Below, in pieces: positions 23,689 to 33,648 of a stretch of 64,000 nucleotides of DNA. Below the pieces are notes generated by a model. It had not been told where the DNA came from. It ran no database searches and saw nothing but the letters and a program-made list of their open reading frames with translations. Source of the DNA: Polyangiales bacterium (lineage in GTDB: Bacteria; Myxococcota_A; Polyangia; Polyangiales; Polyangiaceae). The stretch is taken from positions 1-64,000 of the forward strand of contig JBBRNJ010000019.1 in the NCBI GenBank assembly GCA_038230375.1, written 5' to 3'. The first letter of the stretch is position 1, and each line of letters opens with the position of its first letter. Position numbers and translations under genes: made by a program.

Positions 23689-25224
23689 GTGAGTGCCGTG
23701 ACGACCTCGGATGATCAGAACGAGCGCGCACCGCTTGCGCCGGAGGCGTCTCCCTCCGCTCCGGAGGTGCACCCGCTGCTGGGGAAGACCAGCGTCGCGC
23801 TGATCGTCATGCTCGCTGTCCTTGGCGTGCCCTACCTGTCGCCCCGCCTCGTGCGGTACCGCGTGGCGCTCATGCCGTGGGAACAACGGCCGGAGGTGAC
23901 CGCCGCCAACGATCCCAGCGGTGCCAACGCGCAGCCCATCCTCACGAACGGCGAGCAGAAGCTCAAGGCCTCTGCCAACGAGGCCACCGTCTCCAACGCG
24001 TTGCCCACGTCGTCCGCAGAGCAGGCGCCGCCGCCGGATCCCGCGTTGCTCGCCAAGACCAAGGGCTCACTCGCGATCGAAGATCCCACGGGGCACGTGA
24101 TGGATGCGTTCTGCGAGTCGCTCGAGAAGACGGAAGCAAAGGCAGACGCAGGTGCAGGCGAGCCCGCCGTCACGCGCATTCTGCACTACGGCGACTCCGT
24201 CATCACCAGCGACTACATCTCCGGCACGATGCGCCGCAAATTCCAGACGCGCTTCGGTGACTCGGGGCACGGCTTCATCCTCGCGGCGAACGCATGGGAG
24301 TGGTACTTCCACAACGACGTGGCGCACTGGGCCAGCGAGGGCTTCACCGCCAACCGCATCACCGGCCCGCTCACGCAAGACGGCGCGTATGGTCTTGGCG
24401 GCGTGACGTTCCACGCGGAGGGCGGCGCGCAGGCGAACTTTGGCACGGCCGCGAACGGCGAGTACGGCAAGAAGGTCTCGCGCTTCGACATCTACTACAT
24501 GGAGCAGCCTGCCGGCGGCGACGGCGTCATCCTGTTCGGCGGCAAGAGCGAGCGCTTCACCACGCGCGGCGAGAAGAAGGTGAGCCGCATCAAGTCGTTC
24601 ACCGTGCCCGACGGCGAGGCGAAAATAACCTTGAAATCGTGGGGCAACGGCGATCTTCGTCTCTTCGGCGTGGCGCTCGAGCGCGATCAAGCGGGCGTGG
24701 TCTACGACGCGCTCGGCGCGAACGGCGCGCGCATCCGCCTCTGGGAGGCCATGAACGAGACGCACTGGAAGGACCAGATGGAGCTGCGCAAGCCCGCGCT
24801 CGTGATCCTGCAGTTCGGCACGAACGAGAGCGAGGATCCGAGCCTGGACATGAACGCCTACGAGAAGAGCCTGCGCACGGTGGTGGGTCGCCTGAAGAAC
24901 GCCGCGCCCATGGCGAGCATCCTGATCGCTGCCCCGCTCGATCGCGCGGAGAAGAGCGAGAGCGGCGCGCTCAAGACGAAGCCCGTCATCCTGAAGCTCA
25001 TCGCCTCGCAGCGGAAGATCGCCAAGGAAGAGGGCGTGGCCTTCTGGGACACGTTCACCGCGATGGGCGGCGAGGGCACGATGGGCAAGTGGGTGAAGGC
25101 AAGCCCGCAGCTCGCGTCGTGGGACTTCACGCATCCCACGCCCGCGGGCGCAGAGGTCCTGGGCACGCTCTTCTTCGACGCGCTCATGGCGAGCTACGAG
25201 GCCCACGCAGGCGCGAAGAAGTAA
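23689..25224 (+). CDS. Membrane-anchored GDSL/SGNH protein (PatB/Ape-like O-acetyltransferase or esterase)
   Basis: N-terminal TM; LHYGDS...RFGDSGHGF, YDALGANG, FGTNES, DFTHPT; start approximate. Confidence 0.85.
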   Translation: MSAVTTSDDQNERAPLAPEASPSAPEVHPLLGKTSVALIVMLAVLGVPYLSPRLVRYRVALMPWEQRPEVTAANDPSGANAQPILTNGEQKLKASANEATVSNALPTSSAEQAPPPDPALLAKTKGSLAIEDPTGHVMDAFCESLEKTEAKADAGAGEPAVTRILHYGDSVITSDYISGTMRRKFQTRFGDSGHGFILAANAWEWYFHNDVAHWASEGFTANRITGPLTQDGAYGLGGVTFHAEGGAQANFGTAANGEYGKKVSRFDIYYMEQPAGGDGVILFGGKSERFTTRGEKKVSRIKSFTVPDGEAKITLKSWGNGDLRLFGVALERDQAGVVYDALGANGARIRLWEAMNETHWKDQMELRKPALVILQFGTNESEDPSLDMNAYEKSLRTVVGRLKNAAPMASILIAAPLDRAEKSESGALKTKPVILKLIASQRKIAKEEGVAFWDTFTAMGGEGTMGKWVKASPQLASWDFTHPTPAGAEVLGTLFFDALMASYEAHAGAKK

Positions 25225-25251
25225 GGGCTCACCTCCAGCGTGGTCGCTGCC

Positions 25252-25878
25252 TCACTTGCCGCCGTCAGCTCTTGGTGCGCTCCCTGCGTCGAGTACCGAA
25301 GACGCAGCGAGTCCGTCTCGCAGCTCTCGTAGCTTCTTCTGTTGGGCTGGCGTGAGCAGGTTCTTCACGCGTACGAGCATGGCAAGGTTCGACGCTTTGA
25401 CCTTGTTTTCCCGATCCATCAGCCTCGTTGCGGCCTCGCGGCTCTTCGCTTCGTCCACGTGATCCGCGTCCAGGATCTTCGCGAGCTTCTCCTTCTCGCC
25501 TTGCAGGTCCCATTGCAGATGGACCATCTCCGCCTGGCTCTGCTCCACCTCCTTCACGATCGCGTCGCGCTGGGCGGGATCGATCCCGAGCTCGCCCTGG
25601 TGATCCATGATGAGCTCCGGCGGGAACACGCGGCTCTCGATCGCTCCAAGCTGCTCGCGCGACTCACGCGCTTCCTGCATGCGCGGCGTGGTGGACATGC
25701 GCGGTGGGGAGAGCGTCACGCCGCCGTCCGCGCTCACGGAGTCACCGGGGAGCGGACCCGCGGACTTCGCGCAGGACACGAGCATGGCGGAGGCGAGGGC
25801 GAGGGTGATGGCGAGGGTTAGGGTGAGGCCGAAGTCGAGGGCGAGGGCGAAGGCGAGGTTGATGGGACGGCGGTTCAT
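25252..25878 (-). CDS. Periplasmic Spy/CpxP/ZraP-like (heavy-metal sensor family) helical protein
   Basis: Signal/lipobox LVSC; ELGIDPAQR and C-terminal LLTPAQQKKL (LTxxQ-like motif). Confidence 0.75.
   Translation of the reverse strand: MNRRPINLAFALALDFGLTLTLAITLALASAMLVSCAKSAGPLPGDSVSADGGVTLSPPRMSTTPRMQEARESREQLGAIESRVFPPELIMDHQGELGIDPAQRDAIVKEVEQSQAEMVHLQWDLQGEKEKLAKILDADHVDEAKSREAATRLMDRENKVKASNLAMLVRVKNLLTPAQQKKLRELRDGLAASSVLDAGSAPRADGGK
25790..25863. repeat. Degenerate hexamer array (GAGGGC/GAGGTC-like) encoding the LALALTL stretch of the signal region
   Basis: 6-nt periodicity read directly. Confidence 0.7.
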
Positions 25879-26282
25879 GGTGTGAGGGCTCGGAGGTTCT
25901 TCGGGGCGCGCAGAAGGAAGTCGGAGTCGAAGGCGCTTGCACGGGCGGTTGGTGGATTCGTGTAAGATGCATGTGTTTGGAGCAGAAAATCAAGGGGTAG
26001 CGGCTCGTCCGTGGCCTCTCCCAGCGTTGCGCCACCGGCGCTCGGGAGCAGGTCGACCGCCGAGCCCGAGGACGTCTGGGATGGCTCGCTCTGCGTGGCA
26101 CCGTTGCACACGAAGAGCAGCGCGGCGGCGGCAGCTACGAGCGGGACCACCGCGAGCACCACAGGTCGCAGTGGGCGCACCACCGGCGGCTTCCTGAGCG
26201 CCTCGAAGGACGGTGTGCGCCGCGCCTCCACCCTGCGGAGCCGCGCGAAGTCGTCTCGCAGCTTTTCGTCGTCGTTGGTCAT
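25875..26282 (-). CDS. Putative anti-sigma factor (single TM)
   Basis: Directly downstream of and overlapping the ECF sigma; short charged N-terminus then a TM helix. Confidence 0.6.
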   Translation of the reverse strand: MTNDDEKLRDDFARLRRVEARRTPSFEALRKPPVVRPLRPVVLAVVPLVAAAAALLFVCNGATQSEPSQTSSGSAVDLLPSAGGATLGEATDEPLPLDFLLQTHASYTNPPTARASAFDSDFLLRAPKNLRALTP

Positions 26283-26896
26283 CGCGAAGCGCCTCTCTTC
26301 TCGTCACCGTCGTGAGCGTCGTCTGTGGTCAGAAGCTGGTGGAGCCGCGTCTTGCCGCGGTCGTAGTGCTGGCTCGCGGTGCCCACCGACACCGTCATGA
26401 TCGCCGCCGCGTCCGCGAGCGTGAGCCCCTCGTAGAACGTGAGGTGCAGGGCCTCGCGCTGCCGTGGCGGAAGCTTTGCCAGCGCCGTCTCCAGCGCAGC
26501 GGCCCGTTGCCTGTCCGCGACCGACTCGCTCGGCGAGGGGCCATCCGCCGCGGTCTCATCGGGCTCCGCGTCGTTTGCGGTGTCGCGGCTCCCACGCAGC
26601 CACCGCAGGGACCAGACCCGCCTCTGCTCCATCGCGGTCAGGCGGATCACGCCGAAGAGCCACGTGCGCAAGGAGGAGCGACCGTCGAACTTGGCCTTGC
26701 CAGAGAGCACCTTCCAGTAGACCTCCTGCAGCACGTCGGAGGCGAGGTCCCGGTCGCGACCGCAGCACGACATCGCCCAGCCGAAGCTCGACGCGTGCAG
26801 TGCAGCGATGTCGCGGTCGAGCGTTTCGATGCCAGCACGCTCGCATCCGAGCCCGTCCCGGTCAACGACCGACAGCCGCCTCGGCGAGCACACCAC
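26279..26896 (-). CDS. ECF-type RNA polymerase sigma factor
   Basis: Region 2 DVLQEVY...FDGRSSLRTWLFGV; region 4 LPPRQREALHLTFYEGLTLADAA..VSVGT. Confidence 0.92.
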   Translation of the reverse strand: MVCSPRRLSVVDRDGLGCERAGIETLDRDIAALHASSFGWAMSCCGRDRDLASDVLQEVYWKVLSGKAKFDGRSSLRTWLFGVIRLTAMEQRRVWSLRWLRGSRDTANDAEPDETAADGPSPSESVADRQRAAALETALAKLPPRQREALHLTFYEGLTLADAAAIMTVSVGTASQHYDRGKTRLHQLLTTDDAHDGDEKRGASR

Positions 26897-27752
26897 GCTG
26901 CTTGCGACGCCCGTGGACGCGGATCAGGCTCCAGATGGCAAGGATGGCGAGCCCGATCGGAACGAGGGTCGGAGCGAGCGTGACGAAGGCCATCGCGAGG
27001 AACATGAAGATCGATGCTGCACCATGCGCGCCGTTCGACGCCGAGCGCCCGATGCTCTGGCCAGGCGAGCGCCACGACTCCACCGTCTTCGTCTGCAGCG
27101 AGATGCGCACGGTCGCGAACGTGATGCGGCCATCCAGCGTGCGGTCCTGCGCATCCATGCGCTCGATGTTCTCGCGCACGCGTGCGAGCTCCTTCTCCGC
27201 CTCGATGATCTCGCCCAGGGTCGACGTCTTCTGGGTCATGAGCTCCTGCACACGCGCCTCCTGCGTGCGCGCGTTCTTGAGTCGCGCCTTGAGGTCCGTG
27301 CGCTGATCGGTCACGTCCTCCGCGCGCTCGCTGTAGCCCGTCACCTCACCCATGCCCGAGATCCTGGTCATGAACGGACCCAGTGCGTCCGCGGGCACGT
27401 GCAGCTCCATGTGACCGCTCCGCTCGTCACGCTCACCGGACATCGTGGCATCCGCGACGTACCCGCCCACGCTCTCCGTGGCCTCACGCAGCGCACGCTC
27501 ACGCGCCTCGACGTCGGTGACGACAAGCGTGGTGTCAACGGACACCGCACGCGCACGGACGGTGGGCACGTTGCCTCCAGACGACGGAAGCACGTCTGCA
27601 GGGGCCGACGCCGCAGACGTGGATGCCTGCGAAGGCTCCCGCTTCGAGCAACCCGTCAGGGCCGCGAGCAGGACAAGAACCATGGCGAAGTACCGAGAAT
27701 GCTGCGAAATGTTCGTCGTCATGCCCATGAGTGCATCCACGACCCCGGGCAT
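26862..27752 (-). CDS. DUF4349 domain lipoprotein
   Basis: Lipobox LTGC; GGYV, AEDVTDQRTDLKARLKN, ELARVRENIER, C-terminal TM; start may be 27722/27728. Confidence 0.85.
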   Translation of the reverse strand: MPGVVDALMGMTTNISQHSRYFAMVLVLLAALTGCSKREPSQASTSAASAPADVLPSSGGNVPTVRARAVSVDTTLVVTDVEARERALREATESVGGYVADATMSGERDERSGHMELHVPADALGPFMTRISGMGEVTGYSERAEDVTDQRTDLKARLKNARTQEARVQELMTQKTSTLGEIIEAEKELARVRENIERMDAQDRTLDGRITFATVRISLQTKTVESWRSPGQSIGRSASNGAHGAASIFMFLAMAFVTLAPTLVPIGLAILAIWSLIRVHGRRKQRGVLAEAAVGR

Positions 27753-27783
27753 ATGACAGGCCCGGTCGATTTTCTTTGTTCGG

Positions 27784-28368
27784 CTACGGAGGGCCGCCGA
27801 ACGCGTATTCCAGGTGGGCGGTGAAGAGCGAGTAGCTCGGGTAGGTCGAGGAGCGCGCCGCGAACATGTACTGCCGGTACGCGAGCCCTACGGAGAGGTA
27901 CTTCAAGAACCTGTAGTCTACACCTGCCGCGAGGATGCCAGACGCGAGCGTGACGTTCTGATCCAGCGTGCCGCCCGCAAGCGTGGTGCCGCCGCCCATC
28001 ACGCCCAGGTACGGCGTGAACAACGCAACGTCAACGACGTACGCGGCCCCGAGCGCGAGCGAGCTCACCTGCGACGGCCGCGTGCGAGGCGAGTCCTTGT
28101 TGTCCTGGTCCTGATGGAGCGCGACGTCCGTCCAGCTCGCCTCTGCGAGCACGTCGAACATGTCAGTGGCGCCGTACGTGTAGTGGAGCGCCGTGCCAAC
28201 GCCCGTGCTCATGGTGGACTTGTCGTCGACCTTGAGCGCCGCGTAGGAGGGCCCGATGCCGAAGCGGTGCTCGTGCTCCAGTGCATGCGCAGACCCCGCG
28301 CATGAAAGCACGACGACCCCCGAGAGGATCGCCGCGATGCTCTGCTTCCGTGGGCGCGCTACGTTCAC
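27784..28368 (-). CDS. Small outer-membrane beta-barrel-like protein
   Basis: Signal peptide (AHA-LE), amphipathic strands, [14 protein letters not shown], terminal LEYAF; GTG overlaps the upstream TGA. Confidence 0.7.
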   Translation of the reverse strand: MNVARPRKQSIAAILSGVVVLSCAGSAHALEHEHRFGIGPSYAALKVDDKSTMSTGVGTALHYTYGATDMFDVLAEASWTDVALHQDQDNKDSPRTRPSQVSSLALGAAYVVDVALFTPYLGVMGGGTTLAGGTLDQNVTLASGILAAGVDYRFLKYLSVGLAYRQYMFAARSSTYPSYSLFTAHLEYAFGGPP

Positions 28369-30689
28369 TTGATCTCGAGCAGCTCCACGTCGAAGAGCAA
28401 CGTAGCCTTTGCCGGAATGACCGGCGGGTGGCCGTTCTCGCCGTAGCCAAACTCGGGCGGCAACGTGAGCTTCCGCCGCCCGCCCACCTTCATGCCGACG
28501 ATCCCTTCTTCCCAGCCGCGGATGACGGAGCCGCGGCCGAGCGTGAACTCGAATGGCACGTTGCGCGTTCGCGAGCTGTCGAACTCTTTTCCGTCGGTCA
28601 GGGTTCCCGTGTAGTGTACACGTACCGTGTTGCCGGTCTTCGCGGCGGGGCCGGTGCCGACCTTGAGATCCTGCTTGCCCAGGACGCCGGGCGGCGGGGG
28701 CGGCGGCTCCGACAGCGCGCGCTCGATCGCCTTGCGGAAGCGGCGGTACGGCTGCGCCCCGGAGATGTAGTAGCCGTTGATCACAAACGCTGGCGTGCCG
28801 TGAATTCCAGCGTTTTGCGCGTCGGACGCATCGCGGTCGACCTCGGCCTTGTGGGTGTGCTTGTCCAGGGCGGCCTCGAACTTGGTCATGTCGCAGCCGA
28901 TCTCTTTCGCATACGACGCGAGCGCAACGCGCTCCAGGCCGCCCGGGTCCGCCTGATGATCGAACAGCGCCTTGTGCATCTTGAAGAAGCCGGCGTTGCC
29001 CTTCTGCGCGCGCACTTCCATCGCGGCCTCCGCTGCGAGCTGCGCGTCGTTGTGGAAGGAGAGCGGCATGTTGCGCCACACGAGCTTCACCTTCGTGTCG
29101 TACTCCTTGAGAATCTGGTCCATCGTCGGCTCTACGCGCATGCAGAACGGGCACTGGAAGTCCGAGAACTCCTGGATGACCACCTTCGCGTTCGCGGCGC
29201 CTCGGAACGGAGCCGTGGGGTTCGTGGTGACGGTCTTTCGCTCCAGCTCGGGCGCGCCGGCGCCCTTCTCCGTGAGCACCTCGTAGACCTTCGCCGCCGG
29301 CGTACCCGCCGTGATCAGCGCGCTCGCCTTGGTGAGCTCGTCGTCGATGATGGCGGAGAACTTCTCGAGCGGCTGTGCGCCCACCAGGCGATGACCGTTG
29401 ATGAAGAAGTGCGGCGTCCCGCTGGCCTGCACGTCGTCTGCAAGGTCTTCGTCCGCGCCGATCCCCGCCGCGTATTTCTTCGCCTTCGCAGCGGCGAGCG
29501 CCTTCTTTCCGTCCGCGCCTGCTTCCGTAGCTGCGCGCAGCAGATCCGAGTCCTCCAGCGCGGGCTGCGCCGCGTAGACGCGATCGTGGAAGTCCCAGAA
29601 CGCCGCGTCGCCCTTCTGCGCGCGCACGTCGCGGCCCACCTCCGCCGCAGGCTCCGCACGCGGGTGGAACGGCAGTGGCTGGTCCTTCCAGACGAAGCGG
29701 ACCTTGTCGCCGTACTTGATCTGCACCTGCTTCAACGTCTCCTCGACGCGCTTGCAGAACGGGCACTGGAAGTCGGAGAACTCGACGATGGTGACGGGCG
29801 CAGTGGCGAGCCCGCGGATGGGACTCTTGCCGATCTCGATCTTGTAGAGCCGGGCAGTCTCTGCGCGCTCGTCCTCTTCCGCGTCGTCGTCGTGGCCAGG
29901 CTTCGTGTCCTTGCGGTTCTCGCGCGTGGCAACGCCGTAGACGGCCTCGCGCGGCGTGCCGCTCTTCTCCAGCGCGTTCGCATGCTCGATTTCGTGATCG
30001 ATGACCGACTTGAACTTGTCGAACGGCTGCGCCCCGGAGAGCAGCACGCCATTGATGTAGAATGCAGGTGTTCCGTTGACCCCCAGCTCGCGCGCGAGCG
30101 TCAGGTCGCGTTCCACACGCTCGGCCCACCGCTTCTGCCGTACGCCTTGCTCGATCGCGTTGCCGTCAACGCCGGAGCGGGCGCCCCAGCGCGCGACGAT
30201 CCCCGGGACGTCCTGGTCCTTCTGGTTCGAGAACGCGGTGTGGATGAAGCTCCAGAACGCGCCGTTGCCGCCTGCCTCGTAGACGCCCTGCGCGGCCTCG
30301 GCCAGGGGGCGTGCGTGCTCGTGGAAGGAGAGCGGGTAGTTCTTCCAGGCAATGCGGACCGTGTCGCCGTCGTACGACTCGGCGACCTGCGCCATGACCG
30401 CGTCCGCGCGCGCGCAGTAGGGGCACTGGAGGTCCGAGAACTCGACGATGGTCACCTTGGCGGTGCGGCTGCCCGTCTGCGGGTCGTCGGCGAAGACGGG
30501 GATCGGGCCTGGCTCCACCGCCGTGGGCGCCTCTCTAGGTCCGGCATCACCGATAGCAACGAGCGGCATGGAGGACGCAGAACCGAGCGGCGCGGGCGTG
30601 GCCACGGGCTTGTCCGGCCCACCGCAGGCGACACCGACCGAGAGCGCGGCGATCGTCGCAATCACCACAAGAAACCCAGATCGTTGCAT
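28365..30689 (-). CDS. Lipoprotein with three DsbA-like thioredoxin domains plus C-terminal FKBP PPIase
   Basis: Lipobox GVAC; CPYC, CPFC, CPFC each with a GTP cis-Pro loop; FKBP motifs [27 protein letters not shown]. Confidence 0.92.
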   Translation of the reverse strand: MQRSGFLVVIATIAALSVGVACGGPDKPVATPAPLGSASSMPLVAIGDAGPREAPTAVEPGPIPVFADDPQTGSRTAKVTIVEFSDLQCPYCARADAVMAQVAESYDGDTVRIAWKNYPLSFHEHARPLAEAAQGVYEAGGNGAFWSFIHTAFSNQKDQDVPGIVARWGARSGVDGNAIEQGVRQKRWAERVERDLTLARELGVNGTPAFYINGVLLSGAQPFDKFKSVIDHEIEHANALEKSGTPREAVYGVATRENRKDTKPGHDDDAEEDERAETARLYKIEIGKSPIRGLATAPVTIVEFSDFQCPFCKRVEETLKQVQIKYGDKVRFVWKDQPLPFHPRAEPAAEVGRDVRAQKGDAAFWDFHDRVYAAQPALEDSDLLRAATEAGADGKKALAAAKAKKYAAGIGADEDLADDVQASGTPHFFINGHRLVGAQPLEKFSAIIDDELTKASALITAGTPAAKVYEVLTEKGAGAPELERKTVTTNPTAPFRGAANAKVVIQEFSDFQCPFCMRVEPTMDQILKEYDTKVKLVWRNMPLSFHNDAQLAAEAAMEVRAQKGNAGFFKMHKALFDHQADPGGLERVALASYAKEIGCDMTKFEAALDKHTHKAEVDRDASDAQNAGIHGTPAFVINGYYISGAQPYRRFRKAIERALSEPPPPPPGVLGKQDLKVGTGPAAKTGNTVRVHYTGTLTDGKEFDSSRTRNVPFEFTLGRGSVIRGWEEGIVGMKVGGRRKLTLPPEFGYGENGHPPVIPAKATLLFDVELLEIK

Positions 30690-30767
30690 TCTACACCCTC
30701 TACAAAAAGGAGAAGCCCGAGAGACTCGCGTCGCCCGGGCTCCGTCACTCTCACATGAAGTGAGGTC

Positions 30768-32810
30768 CTACTTGTTGGCCTCGTCCAGGGCCTTGTCGAT
30801 CAGCTTCTTGAACTTCGGGTACGGCTGCGCGCCGTTGATGAAGTAGCCGTTGATGACGAAGGCCGGCGTACCGGAGATGCCTGCGTCGTCGGCGGCCTTG
30901 CTGTCGAGATCCATCTCGGCCTTGTGGTTGCCGCTGTCGAGAGAGGCCTTCCACTTGTCCATGTCGAGACCCATCTCCTTGGCGTAGCCGTCGAGCGCTT
31001 CACGCTTGAGGCCACCTTCCTTGGACTGGTTCGCGAAGAGCTTGTCGTGCATCTTCCAGAAGCCGTCGTTGCCCTTCTGCTTGAAGGCCTCCTTGGCGGC
31101 CTGACCGGCGAGCGGCGCGTCGGGGTGCATCGGGAGCGGCTTGTCGCGCCAGATGAACTTAACCTTGTCGCCGTAGTCCTTCATGATCTGCTGGACCTGC
31201 GGCTCCACGCGACCGCAGAACGGGCACTGGTAGTCCGAGAACTCCTGGATCACGACCTTGGCCTTCTCCGGGCCGCGGTACGGGAACGAGCCCGTGGGAA
31301 GCGGGACGTTCTTCTTCTCGGCCGGGGGCGCGCCCTTGCCGTTCGCGATGATCGCGTCGTAGACCTTGTCCGCGGGCGTGCCCTTGGCGATCATGTCGTT
31401 CGCGGTCTTGAGCTCCGCGTCGATGATCGCCTTGAACTTCTCGAAGGGCTGCGCGCCAACGAGGCGCTTGCCGTTGATGAAGAAGTGCGGCGTACCGGAG
31501 GCCTGCACGTCGTCGCCCAGCTCGGCGTCGGCGTCGATTTCCTTCTTGTACTTGTGGCTCTTGATCGCGTCCTTGACCTTGTCGACGTTGAGACCAAGCT
31601 CACCGGCGGCCTTCTCCAGGTCTGCGTCTTCCAGCTTGGGCTGGATGTCGAAGAGCTTGTCGTGTGCGTCCCAGAAGCCCTTGTCGCCCTTCTGGGCGCG
31701 CGCTTCGTTGGTGAGCTCCGCGGCCGGCTCGGCGCGCGGGTGGAACGGGAGCGGCTCGTGCTTCCACACGATGCGGACCTTCTCGCCGTAGGTGTCCTTG
31801 ATCTGCTTCATCGCCGGCTCGACGCGCTTGCAGAACGGGCACTGGAAGTCGGAGAACTCGACGATGGTGACGGGCGCGTTCTTGTTTCCGAAGATCGGCG
31901 AGTTGCCGACAGGAACCTTGTACACGCTGTCGTCCTTGGCCTCATCGTCGTCGTCGCCCTTCGCGGCCGGTGCGTTCTTCTTGTTGTCAGAAGACATCGC
32001 GACGTAGATCTTCTCCTTGGACGTGCCGGACGCGATCTTCGCCTGAGCCTTGGAGAGCTCCGCGTCGATGACGGCCTTGAACTTGTCGAAGGGCTGCGCG
32101 CCGGAGAGCACGACGCCGTTGATGTAGAATGCGGGCGTGCCGTTCACGCCGGCCTTCTTGGCGACCTCGTGATCGTCGTCGACCTTCTTCGCCCACGTGT
32201 GGGCCGCAAGACCGGCCTTGAATTTGGCCATGTCCGTGACGCCCGCGTCCTTCGCCCATTTCTCGTAGGACTCGGGGGAGAGGGCGCCCTGGTTCTTGAA
32301 CGCGGTGTCGTGGAACTTCCAGAAGCCGTCGTTGCCCTTGAGCGCGTAGACGCCCTGGGCGGCTTCGGCGGCGGGCTTGGCCTTGTCGTGGAAGGAGAGC
32401 GGCTCGTTCTTCCAGATGAGGCGAACCTTCTCCGGGCCGTAGGTGCTCTTCACCTGGTCCATGGTCGGTTCGACGCGGCTGCAGAACGGGCACTGGAAGT
32501 CGGAGAAGATGACGACGGTCACGGGCGCCGTCCGGCTGCCCCACATGGGGTCCTTGCTGGAGACCGGGATCGGTGAATCCTCGTCCGACCACACCGCGCC
32601 ACCGGCGCCGGAGCTGTCGGCGGTGATGCCGCCCGCGGCCTTCACGCCGTTGTGCTTGTCGTAGCCCCACATGAGGCCCATGCCGGCGATGAAGCAGAGG
32701 ACGAACCCGATGAGGGCAACGCCCGTGTTCATTCCGCCGCCGCTGCCTTCGAAGCGCTGTTCTTGCTTCGCCTCGGCAGACTTGCTGTCTTTGTCTTTGT
32801 CTTTGGCCAT
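30768..32810 (-). CDS. Membrane-anchored triple DsbA-like thioredoxin protein
   Basis: One TM, then three D(F/Y)QCPFC...GTP domains; RBS AAAGGA before MAKDKDK. Confidence 0.92.
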   Translation of the reverse strand: MAKDKDKDSKSAEAKQEQRFEGSGGGMNTGVALIGFVLCFIAGMGLMWGYDKHNGVKAAGGITADSSGAGGAVWSDEDSPIPVSSKDPMWGSRTAPVTVVIFSDFQCPFCSRVEPTMDQVKSTYGPEKVRLIWKNEPLSFHDKAKPAAEAAQGVYALKGNDGFWKFHDTAFKNQGALSPESYEKWAKDAGVTDMAKFKAGLAAHTWAKKVDDDHEVAKKAGVNGTPAFYINGVVLSGAQPFDKFKAVIDAELSKAQAKIASGTSKEKIYVAMSSDNKKNAPAAKGDDDDEAKDDSVYKVPVGNSPIFGNKNAPVTIVEFSDFQCPFCKRVEPAMKQIKDTYGEKVRIVWKHEPLPFHPRAEPAAELTNEARAQKGDKGFWDAHDKLFDIQPKLEDADLEKAAGELGLNVDKVKDAIKSHKYKKEIDADAELGDDVQASGTPHFFINGKRLVGAQPFEKFKAIIDAELKTANDMIAKGTPADKVYDAIIANGKGAPPAEKKNVPLPTGSFPYRGPEKAKVVIQEFSDYQCPFCGRVEPQVQQIMKDYGDKVKFIWRDKPLPMHPDAPLAGQAAKEAFKQKGNDGFWKMHDKLFANQSKEGGLKREALDGYAKEMGLDMDKWKASLDSGNHKAEMDLDSKAADDAGISGTPAFVINGYFINGAQPYPKFKKLIDKALDEANK

Positions 32811-32992
32811 GATCGATTTCCTTTTCAGATGCGAGAAAAACTTGCTGGCCCGCATGCGGTCCCGGGGGATGACCGCACGATGGCGGCTCCCGCGTAGACT
32901 TCACGCGGCCGAAAAAACACGTGTCCCGAACGCTCGCAGCGAGCCCGGCAGACCGTTTGCGTCTGCTGGTTCGCGTTCCACGTCGGGCGGAA

Positions 32993-33532
32993 TCAGACTC
33001 TCGGCGGTCGCTCGAGCGAGCTCTTCACGCCATCGTGCGTACGGTTCTCGGCGACGGGGCACGCCACGCGCCCGACCTCGCTGGCGGGCGCCACGGAAGG
33101 CACCGCGCTGATCAAGCTGGGATCGGGCAGCTGCATCTCGAACACGAGCGGCTCCTGTCCCGGCGTCACGGAGTGCAGCGCGTTGAGCGCGTCGGCCATG
33201 TTGGGACCGGGCGTGAGCGTGAGCCACGTGGTCTCTGACTGGAGCTGCGGCGCGGGCGCGATCATCGTGGCGCCGCGAAGGTCGCAGAGGGCGGCCACGC
33301 TGCTTCCCTTGTCGGCCTTGTCGGAGGCCTTGTCGGCGCTCTCGCCGGGATCGACGTTGAAGGAGGCAGTCGCCTCGGGGACCTGGACGACGATGCTTGC
33401 GCCGCGGAAGTCGCAGAGGGGAGCGGCAGTGCTGGTGGCGGCCTCTGCAGACGACGAGGACAAGAACGTGACGAGAAACGCCACGAGCCCTGTCATTGCC
33501 GCGAGGGCACACCTGAGCCAAACACTCCGCAC
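32993..33532 (-). CDS. Hypothetical secreted protein with duplicated LCDxRGA motif and C-terminal LERPPRV
   Basis: Signal peptide (AEA-A), internal repeat, RPP tail; start approximate. Confidence 0.65.
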   Translation of the reverse strand: MRSVWLRCALAAMTGLVAFLVTFLSSSSAEAATSTAAPLCDFRGASIVVQVPEATASFNVDPGESADKASDKADKGSSVAALCDLRGATMIAPAPQLQSETTWLTLTPGPNMADALNALHSVTPGQEPLVFEMQLPDPSLISAVPSVAPASEVGRVACPVAENRTHDGVKSSLERPPRV

Positions 33533-33648
33533 CGACGGAAACTTAGGCCCTCCGACCACTTCTGCGCAAGGGAACTGCAGATCCCGCCATATTTACGGTG
33601 ATCTGGAGGGCACTGGCATCGCCGTCAACCCGTGCTAACCGCTGCCCG

